Part shown: piece by piece, positions 50,535-64,000 of the stretch
How the letters are laid out: each line of letters begins with the position of its first letter
Position numbering within the stretch: the first letter of the stretch is position 1
DNA from: Macrostomum lignano
Taxonomy: Eukaryota
DNA: 64,000 nt
Reading direction: 5' to 3'
NCBI GenBank assembly: GCA_002269645.1
Contig: NIVC01003714.1
Span: 17,063-81,062, forward strand
Notes under the pieces: generated by a model
The model's input: only the letters and a program-made list of their open reading frames with translations
Database searches by the model: none
What the model was told of the DNA's origin: nothing
Translations under genes and position numbers: made by a program

Positions 50535-51091
50535 AAGGACTGTAGTTTTAACTTTTTGATTTATAAAGAGCTGATTCTTTGTCGGAAAATCTAAAACTGT
50601 TGTTTGATGTTCATTAAGCATTTTCTGTTGCTGTCTGTAAGGCTGTAAGGCTGACTGACGGTATCTGTAATGCTAGCCCATCTTAATTACGTGCAGTTGT
50701 AGGCATTCGCGCATGTCTACTTGCAATGGCAGTGTTCGCATCTGATTCAGTTGTCAAATAGACTAATGCGATTCTCCATTGATTTAGAGAAATCATTGAA
50801 ATACTGTAGCTTTTGAACTGCTAATACTTTCAAATATTCGACTTGCACCTCAGTTGGTCCTGACTCGATTATTTTGCACTTAAAAATTCACATCGGCTGG
50901 GTATTTTTAGCGCAATGTCGGCCTTTAAAATCAAGTAAGACTCATTCGAGGAAAATCTTGTTTCTTAGAAAAACATTTTAAGGGCTGCATAGCAAAAACA
51001 GATTTTGGGGAGCAGATCGAATGCCCATATTTCAGCATGCAAAGCGCCAATCTCCATGTTGTATTTTGCGCAAAGCCATGCTGCCCAAAAT

Positions 51092-51655
51092 GTTTTCTAA
51101 GAAACAGTTTCCCATCCTACTCAGGTCGGCCTTGTCAGATATCTTTCTAAGAAACAGTTTCCCGTCATACTCAGGTCGGCCTTGTCAGATATCTTTCTAA
51201 GAAACAGTTTCCCGTCATACTCAGGTCGGCCTTGTCAGATATCTTTCTAAGAAACAGTTTCCCGTCCTACTCAGGTCGGCCTTGTCAGATATCTTTCTAA
51301 GAAACAGTTTCCCGTCCTGCTCAGGCTGGCCTTGTCGGATATCTTTCTAAGAAATAGTTTCCCGTCCTACTCAGGCCGGCCTTGTCAGATATCTTTCTAA
51401 GAAACAGTTTACCGTCCTGCTCAGGCTGGCCTTGTCAGATATCTTTCTAAGAAACAGTTTCCCGTCCTACTCAGGCCGGCCTTGTCAGATATCTTTCTAA
51501 GAAACAGTTTCCCGTCCTACTCAGGTCGTCTTGTCAGATATCTTTCTAAGAAACAGTTTCCCGTCCTACTCAGGCCGGCCTTGTCAGATATCTTTCTAAG
51601 AAACAGTTTCCCGTCATACTCAGGTCGTCCTTGTCAGATATCTTTCTAAGAAACG
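51092..51655. repeat. 50-bp minisatellite
   Basis: (TCAGGTCGGCCTTGTCAGATATCTTTCTAAGAAACAGTTTCCCGTCATAC)n, about 11 copies. Confidence 0.95.
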
Positions 51656-52018
51656 GAGTGTCCCATCTTCCTACGACGCACGTAAGTCCATCCTACATGT
51701 AGCTGGGAGGCTGGGACTGGGAGATCAGAGGGTGAGGCAGTGTTGGCTCTGCAAGCAGCCAGGCAGGGTGATGAGTTGCAATTTTGACAACTCATTAATA
51801 ATTCATCAACTCCGTATAGGGGCGCGATAATACTGATGAGCTGGGCGGTGCCTGTCTCTCGTGGGTCAGAGCTCAGTCTGAAAGTATATAACCTGTGAGG
51901 CTGCTTGACTCCATCTGCTAGGACTGACTCATCAGCTTCTTAAGTTACTTGAGCAGTCGGTGCTCACATTAAGCTTTGCATTCTTACCTTGCCACAGGGC
52001 ACTATTTCTGCTTCCACC

Positions 52019-56143
<4,125 letters not shown>

Positions 56144-57297
56144 CCTGCACGCTTGCTCACCCGATTGTATCAGAATTGAGTTTTTCTGCTTTTCCTATTA
56201 GCATGTCAATTTTGGCATGTCAGCCTAAGCTTCTTTTACTTTTTAAGCGTTTTTTAATTTAGTGTACATGCAATTATTTCAGGGTGTTATGAATTCTTTC
56301 TTAATTGTTCGCTTCTGTAGCCTATCCGTTAGTTTGGTTCTATTCATATTGTTTACATGTACATGCGAAAGCGGGTGGGATACTCATATGATGCAATAAT
56401 TCAATGAAATATACGTAGCTGGTTCTAACAATAATCATTGTGAGCACGAGATTCTATCAATAAAGAAATTTACTGAATGCATGTAAGAACCCTTTGTCCT
56501 ACAGATAATTGGCCGCATACATCAGAGTAAAACATTAAATCTTCAAGCAAAATATTTTATTGGCTGTAAAAGATGTTGTTCGATACTTTTTGTGCTAAAT
56601 TTACTATGAAGAATATTATAGAAATTAGATAGAGCTATCAGTTTATGTACATAAATGTACATCGACATGAACGAGCGTACATGTACATGTACGGAAGTAC
56701 AATCTATGGGATCCAACCGTGAATCAAGAGCCTGGCTTGTCAATTTGGCAGTGAATTTAACTGTAGAACTACCAGGATTCCGCCTGAACATTTTTCACTG
56801 CGCTTCTTGCCAGCCCTCTGGACCCCAGGGTAGTCCGAAGACACAGTGGAGAGGCGAGCGCCACCCATTCCGCTAGCCCTCTAGTCCCGTTGAGGTATTA
56901 AAAAATTCTGCCAGAAGGTCGGATTTTTCTCATACTCGTATATAAGCGCTATATATAGATCATCTACTCAATCCCAAGCAACAGGTACGCGCGTTTTACG
57001 CGCATTTTTTGGTAATTCTGTACGCGCGTAAGCGAACGCACAAAATACGCGCCTTTTGTAACAGAAAATACGCTGTAATAACGCAATGCTAACTGCAGAC
57101 TGGTACAGGAACAGGACTAACCATACATGTACATATATGTAGGTTCCGCGGATTCGTTTATTCATGCAAGCATACTTAATTGTCATAAGGCTTTAATTAC
57201 ATCGAATAACCCAGAAGGAACGTTAGCTGAGCCCATCTAAGGCTGAAGTGGCTTTTAGTAAATAAAGTATAGTGTCACGTTATTTGATGTTGGCCGT

Positions 57298-57313
57298 GAC
57301 CCTTAAAAGGGCC
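57298..57313 (-). other. Histone-mRNA-type 3' stem-loop (no histone CDS upstream)
   Basis: Minus strand AAAAC-GGCCCT-TTTA-AGGGTC-AC: 6-bp stem, 4-nt loop and flanks typical of replication-dependent histone 3' ends. Confidence 0.5.
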
Positions 57314-58026
57314 GTTTTAGTCCCAAAATAAGTTGAAGTCAACTTAGGCGAAGTGGTTGGTGTAGCGGAGCACTTGGCAATAAGGGCAGGAAACTGCCGT
57401 AGTCGTTTTTATTGTTTAAATCAATATAAATAGTAAGTTTGGTTGTTACTGGCAAATAACAAACTATGGCTTTCTGGGCACTGGCGGCTGCAACAATAGT
57501 TTCTTTTAAGATAAATTGGATGTGAGTTCAAGCGACAGACGAGTGATGTAATGTCGACGTAACGTGATGATCAATGGCAATGAGTACAGTGAAGGCAGTG
57601 AGGCGTAGTAGGCAGGCGGATGAGCAGTGGCGAAGTTGGCGTCAGTCGTGGCGTGAGGTAAGGAGGCTCGAGGCAGCCAGACAGAGAGAAGGAAAACAAG
57701 GCCGCAAAAACACACAAGGCCAAGGACAGACGGAGAGAGAGAGCGAGAGAGAGAGAGGAGAGAGAAAAGTGGAGTGCCCGCCGCCAGGCGGGGGGTTTAA
57801 TAAAGGAGCGCAGAGGGGGGTAGCGCGAAGCACGAGTGGTTTTCATTGGCTGGCGAGAGAACTTAAAATTATCGATCGTGCCAATTTTATACGGTCGCGA
57901 GAGAGGATAGCAAAATATACAGTGAATTAGAAATTGCCACAAAATCGTTGGGCACTACTACAAGTAAACGTCGCAATAAACGAATGGAAAAGTTTAGTTA
58001 AAACTATAGAGAAACAGCAGTCCAAC

Positions 58027-58042
58027 GGCCCTTTTCGGGACC
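58027..58042 (+). other. Histone-mRNA-type 3' stem-loop (no histone CDS upstream)
   Basis: CCAAC-GGCCCT-TTTC-GGGACC-ACC; one C.A mismatch and one U-G pair in the stem; consensus-like flanks. Confidence 0.45.
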
Positions 58043-60794
58043 ACCTTAAACTGGCAACGTCACACAACGTCACAACGGCAACATCACAGGCAAAATCAAT
58101 ACAAATATTGGTCAGTTTATGCATCAAAATGCTAGCTCGTAGGAACGTTGTCGAAAATGGAGTTCTGATAAATGAACTGCAATTTTTATTTATAAAAAAT
58201 AATTTAAGAACAAAGAGATACATAAGAGTGTAATGAAAGAGCAACTTAAATTAACGAGTGATTAAGCATAAAAGAAAAAGCCGCAAAAGCACACGAAAGT
58301 ATACCTGTTTACAATTCTGACCGAGTTGAAAAAAGTGAAAAGTAAAAGGATTTGGATTACCATTATTTTCAAACAAAAAGCAACTAAATCTAGTTAAATA
58401 AGTGCAGAATATAAATGTAAAACGGAAACAACAATAAAGCAATCCTTTTGTTTTTCAAAAGCTTTTGAGGCCATTTAAGCTTGAAATATATAAAATCCAA
58501 AGTGTATAATATATTTTAAAGTTATGAAAGCAACCAAATTAATGCATGATAAAGTGTATCATTAGCTATATCTTAAAATATCTCTATCTAGCTATAATCA
58601 ACTATCTAAATATAAGTCGTATAAAGCAAAGTAATCCATAAAACAAGTGTTGCATGCTCCAGATTACATGCAGTTTAATTGGCTTAAGTCTAACTAATGT
58701 TGACACGAAACACATGCTGAGTATGCTTTAAAAATAACTATTGAAAAGAATGGTTCTACTGTAACGGTAGGAAACAGAGAATAAAATAAAATACTAACAT
58801 ATTAACAAAAGCATGCGAACGCCTGTTGCTTGGGTATGGACTGCACTCCAGCTGTTGTAGTGATTTTTATACTTTCGCTGATCAAGCCTCGAGTTAAGTA
58901 CCACTAGGAACACTTCCTTATAGTCTAGTAGTACTGTCTAGTCTAGCTGTAGTCCTTGCCTCTAGTACAGTTGGGCGAAACCTCAACTGATGGAATCCTC
59001 AACTACAGCTGTACACTTAGTCTATAGCTCTCATGGTCATCACCTCGAAGCTGCCAATTCCTTCTAATATCAGCACAATTTACGAATAGTGTACTTGCTA
59101 TAAAATTATAGCAAGTATAAAGCAAAACTATAAAGCGAAAACACGTTTATATCGTTATAATGAACTCTCTGAACACTGCTTCATAGTTGCGCGCGATAAA
59201 TAAATAGAAGCTCGTCAATGTTTTGCAAAATTCTCAAAATTTTAGATCAAATTAAACTGAGTAACTTAAAGTATATCACACATGCGCCAAAACGTATAAA
59301 TTTGCTACAGCTGATAATTAAAAAACTCGTTTTGTTAAAATGAGTTAATGATGCTTCGTGTCTTGCATTTGAGTTAGGCAAATAACAGTGCCAAAACTCT
59401 GGCAGGTTCTATCAATCAATCAACTTTTTGTAGTTCTTTTGAGTCTTTGTTTTCTTCGTCAAGTTCATTGTGGGTTAGTCGGAGACTTCTCTCTTTCACC
59501 AAAAATTTATATTGAGCATCCATGGTAGCATTTTGACTTTCGTGAATATAATGTACTTTATATACTGCTTTAATGTTTCATCCTTCCTTCTAGCCAAAAT
59601 AGACAACAAGTTGCATAAAATCGTGTTGGAGTAAAGAACTTAAATTTATTTGAATAAAAAATGAAACATATGAAAGATTAAAAAATTCTATTATTCATTA
59701 ATTGACTTTTCCATTTTTATAAAAAAACAGCAGACAAAAATTTGTATTGAGTCTAGCTCGCAAAAATAATGTAATGAAATAGAAAATATGAAAATGAAAA
59801 AATATTGAAACATTATATATCAAAAAATATATCCTTCTTGATTTTTTCGATGAATTTCAAATCATACTTAGTTCACAAATATGGTTATATTTTTGGATTG
59901 TAAAGGATCTCAAATGCAGAATACCATTTTTATTGATCTTAAGGATGGTTACTGGTTAGTTTTTACATTAAATAGAAATTTTTTGTGCTAAATCGTAGGC
60001 TACAGGATATGATATTCATATTAATAATTATTACTTATTAATGTCACTCATGTGAATTTTCCATCCGAAATAGAGGGAAAAAGGACACTTCTCAAATATT
60101 AACAACGTAATAAAATTTTCATACTTTACTAATTCCATTTATTAAAATCTGCAATTGAATATAAAAATCATTGACGGTGATGATATGTTTTGTCAATTTT
60201 TAACTTTGCTAACTTTAGTCATTTAACATTAAGAATCTTATCTTATTAGTGACGATAAGAAAATAGTAGGTATAGTTTAGCTTTTCAAATATAAAAATGA
60301 ATAGTTCTGTTTTTTATAATCAAAAGACAGAAACTTTAACTAAAGTAAACTAAATTTAATTAAAAAAACTAAATAAACTAAAACTAGGCAAACAAATAAA
60401 CAAACACTAAAACTAAATGTTTTTATTTCATTTGAATATCCTTATATTTTTTGTATTTGAGTATGGCGCGAATTAAATGGGTGTGATGTCAATGCTTTTG
60501 GCACTTTTTAATAATCATAAAAGGCTAGTTAAAAGGCTAGTTAAAAGCATATATGGTGTCCAAAAGCATAGCTGAGTGTGAGTCCATGTTTCTGCTATTA
60601 TCTAGGCTTTATCAAGGTTTATGATTTCAAATTTTGATTTTACAAGGGGCTGGTAGTGGAGGATGTTGGCTGTTAATTCGATTGAGAAACGAACACTTGT
60701 TTAATGTTTATGGCTAAAAATAAGAATGAGAAACCCTGATTCACTATTAAGGCGTTAAATGATTAAAGATCGGGAAGATCACAGAGTGGGAGAT

Positions 60795-61432
60795 AACAGG
60801 GACGGGGAGATCACAGGGACGGGGAGATCACAGGGACGGGGAGATCACAGGGACGGGGAGATCACAGGGACGGGGAGATCACAGGGACGGGGAGATCACA
60901 GGGACGGGGAGATCACAGGGACGGGGAGATCACAGGGACGGGGAGATCACAGGGACGGGGAGATCACAGGGACGGGGAGATCACAGGGACGGGGAGATCA
61001 CAGGGACGGGGAGATCACAGGGACGGGGAGATCACAGGGACGGGGAGATCACAGGGACGGGGAGATCACAGGGACGGGGAGATCACAGGGACGGGGAGAT
61101 CACAGGGACGGGGAGATCACAGGGACGGGGAGATCACAGGGACGGGGAGATCACAGGGACGGGGAGATCACAGGGACGGGGAGATCACAGGGACGGGGAG
61201 ATCACAGGGACGGGGAGATCACAGGGACGGGGAGATCACAGGGACGGGGAGATCACAGGGACGGGGAGATCACAGGGACGGGGAGATCACAGGGACGGGG
61301 AGATCACAGGGACGGGGAGATCACAGGGACGGGGAGATCACAGGGACGGGGAGATCACAGGGACGGGGAGATCACAGGGACGGGGAGATCACAGGGACGG
61401 GGAGATCACAGGGACGGGGAGATCACAGGGAC
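60795..61432. repeat. 17-bp G-rich minisatellite (ACAGGGACGGGGAGATC)n
   Basis: Nearly perfect array. Confidence 0.97.
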
Positions 61433-62187
61433 GAGGATCTCGAGAAGTTCTCCGTGATCTCGGGAGATCACGAGAAGTTCGGGGAGCCAGAACAGGGAGA
61501 CCACAGTAAGATCGCAGGATCCAACAATGTTAAAAGCTGCTTATAACTTTTACTTTAACATTGGCCCAGTCTGCACGGCTCCCTGCTCGAAGTCAGCCAG
61601 AGGTGAACAAAGGAGACCAGCTGGGAGAGCTGCAGCCCAGATTCGGGCTGTCGTGCTCAAGCGCATTATGAAGCTGAAGTTTTTCAACTGATTCACCTGA
61701 GCGAATCTAATTGGAACTCAACTTGACAGTGAAGAATGCTCTGGGGTATCCAGAGTTGCAGTTTTTTTCATTCTTCACTTTTTTAAGCGAAGGAAAATCC
61801 GTCCTTGAAATGCATCGCCAACTTTTTCAACGGCCGGGTCTGGCTGTCAAATTCGCCACTTTCGAACCGCTTCTTCATGTCAATCCCGGATCACGCGACA
61901 CGATCGGAGACTCGGTTCCGCCTGGTTCTGGGCTAATTACCCTGTGATGGGGCTGGATGCCCTCAGCTTTACCGCCCCATCAGCAGCTCCCCCATTGGCT
62001 GGCGCACCCAGCATCTTCACTAGCTTCATCTGCCGCCGCTACCACCGCATTGGCCTCTACCGTTCGTGCTTCGTTTTTTTCTTTTGCAAGACAGAAGGCG
62101 CTGGGCCGGGTACATAAGGCGGCGGAGGCCCGCACCGGCTCGTCAGACACCTCCAGTCAGGCTGAACTCTGTCTGAATGTTTCACAG

Positions 62188-63687
62188 ATCCGACATGCTG
62201 CCGCCTCCTTCTTTGTTTCCGTTGATGTCGGAGTCTGCGGCCGCTGCCGCTTTTCTGTCTTCCCAGCGGCAGCGGCAGCAGAGGTTCCTGCCGCACTGCC
62301 ATCCCGTCAGGCAGCTGCTGGCCGCCGGTCTCCATGGCTGCCCGCCCGCCGGCCTCCCGCCGTTCTTGAGTCCATCGGCGGCCGCGGCCGCTGCGGCGAA
62401 TCTGCTGTCCTCAGCGTCGCCGCTGGCCCGGCTGCAGGGCCACTGCTTCCTGGCTGCCGTGAGTTCGCTGAAGGGCCGGCCTCTCCCCACAGATCGGAGG
62501 GAAGAGGCGAAGAGATGGAGATTAGAGAGAGAGAGATGGTTTCTCACGGACGAGGAAGCACGAATACTACTTGTAGTACGAGTAGATCGCAACTTGCATA
62601 GCAGATTATTTACGAGCCGTAGCATGCAAGTTTAAGTACATCATAGGAACAGGTCCATGCAGATAAGAGTCCGGTAGATCACAGAGTCAGGCAGATCACA
62701 GAGTCAGGCAGATCACAGAGTCAGGTAGATCACAGAGTCAGGCAGATCACAGAGTAGGTAAATCACAGAGTAGGTAGATCACAGAGTCGGGCAGATCACA
62801 GAGTCAGGCAGATCACAGAGTCGGGTAGATCACAGAGTCGGGTAGGTCACAAAGTCAGGCAGATCACAGAGTCAGGCAGATCACAGAGTCAGGCAGATCA
62901 CAGAGTCAGGCAGATCACAGAGTCAGGTAGATCACAGAGTCAGGCAGATCACAGGATTCAGGCAGATCACAGAGTCAGGCAGATCACAGAGTCGGGTAGA
63001 TCACAGAGTCGGGTAGGTCACAAAGTCAGGCAGATCACAGAGTCAGGCAGATCACAGAGTCAGGCAGATCACAGAGTCAGGCAGATCACAGAGTCGGGCA
63101 GATCACAGAGTCAGGCAGATCACAGAGTCAGGCAGATCACAGAGTCAGGCAGATCACAGAGTCGGGCAGATCACAGAGTCAGGCAGATCACAGAGTCAGG
63201 CAGATCACAGAGTCAGGCAGATCACAGAGTCAGGCAGATCACAGAGTCGGTTAGATCACAGGATAAATCAAAGAGTCTTTGAGATCGCAGGTTTAAATAA
63301 CGAATGAGTGATGGAGATGTGATAAAATTACAGAATTAAATCAAATTTGATTGTTAAATTTTCAATTCTGTTCATCTTCAATCGAATTCGGAATTGGACG
63401 CGGTGATGCGGTAAAAAACCGCCCTGTTCTGACATTGTGACAGCAGTTCCTTTCACTTTTCAGATGGGAGCCCAGTCTCCTCAACCGCTGGACTCCGTGG
63501 CCTACGGCGGCGCTCAGCATCATCAAGCGGCTGCTGCGGCCTCGTCTTCGGGGTCGGCCGGCGGCTCCCAGCAGCAGCAGCAGAGCCTGGCTTCCCAGCA
63601 GCGCGGCAGCCGACAGTCGCGCACGTTCGGCGAGAACATCGTCATCCTGCTGTGCATGAACCGCGTGCGCCGCATGGGCGGCCGCTG
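62188..63687 (+). CDS. Unidentified protein, Ala/Gln/Ser/Pro low-complexity exons followed by a conserved-looking block
   Basis: Candidate exons 62188-62458 (TTCACAG acceptor, GTGAGT donor) and 63464-63687 (TTTTCAG acceptor; GTACGG donor or read-through to TGA 63784) are in phase. GC3 is very high in RTFGENIVILLCMNRVRRMGGRW. Family not recognised. Confidence 0.5.
62675..63262. repeat. 17-bp minisatellite (AGATCACAGAGTCAGGC)n
   Basis: Visible. Confidence 0.95.
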
Positions 63688-63837
63688 GTACGGGCGGTGT
63701 CTGCACATCCGCACAGCAAGAAGAAGAGGAAAGAAGCGAATCTTTAAGCCGCGTCAGACTATCCAGGCTCAGGGAGGCCTCTGATGCCGCCATGTTGAGG
63801 GCTTGCCTTTGTTTTAGCTAATTCGGTTCCTTGAAGG

Positions 63838-64000
63838 TCAGATGACCCCTCCATGCTTAAATATTCGGAGATGACCCCTCTCATCTTAAATATTCGGAGA
63901 TGACCCCTCCATGCTTAAATATTCGGAGATGACCCCCTCCATGCTTAAATATTCGGAGATGACCCCTCCATGCTTAAATATTCGCGAGATGACCCCTCCA
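63838..64000. repeat. ~29-bp tandem repeat (GAGATGACCCCTCCATGCTTAAATATTCG)n
   Basis: Visible; runs off the right edge. Confidence 0.9.

Larger units (their letters stand above)
56973..58834. mobile_element. Non-autonomous TIR DNA element (CCC...GGG ends, possibly CMC/EnSpm-like)
   Basis: Perfect 13-bp inverted termini CCCAAGCAACAGG (56973) / CCTGTTGCTTGGG (ends 58834), with TACGCG-rich subterminal repeats on the left. No transposase ORF; TSD ambiguous. Confidence 0.6.

Noticed and set aside
51830-51890. Hammerhead-like CTGATGA...GAAA
   Set aside because: Stem II does not close directly on GAAA, and no stem III/NUH cleavage site can be formed.
57574-57930. 118-aa ORF ending IAKYTVN as a histone H2B remnant
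   Set aside because: Only a 4-residue resemblance; the rest has no histone fold similarity.
63362-63793. - strand ORF with DDDVLAERARL, reminiscent of ABCA transporters
   Set aside because: GC3 and splice sites support the + strand, and no other ABCA motifs are present.

Overview
This is intron-rich eukaryotic (animal) genomic DNA, not prokaryotic. GC-rich exons with canonical GT-AG ends sit among AT-rich blocks, and almost every intron holds its own micro- or minisatellite. That architecture resembles the flatworm Macrostomum, which is an inference from style only. By hand-splicing exons I recover eight protein-coding genes: ARMC8/Gid5-like (-, runs off the left edge), C16orf89/UPF0764-like (-), MTUS1/2-CCDC69-family coiled-coil (+), secreted WSC + PAN/Apple-like (+), neprilysin/ECE M13 peptidase (-), NUDT19 with PTS1 (+), BTBD19-like with a 1-nt frameshift (+) and an unidentified low-complexity gene at the right edge (+). 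Mobile elements include a tRNA-derived SINE with a 13-bp TSD, a 5'-truncated RTE-like LINE end, an internally deleted mariner, and a 1.86-kb non-autonomous TIR element. The most unusual signals are (i) two outward-facing histone-mRNA-type stem-loops with no histone ORF inside the TIR element, (ii) intronic minisatellites built from RFX X-box-like units, (iii) a ~27% to ~72% GC swing between exons of one gene, and (iv) a GC-AG intron whose retention would add a Cys/Pro repeat tail. Most long ORFs in the supplied track are artefacts of tandem repeats or antisense GC-rich frames. Family assignments rest on remembered motifs, not on database searches.
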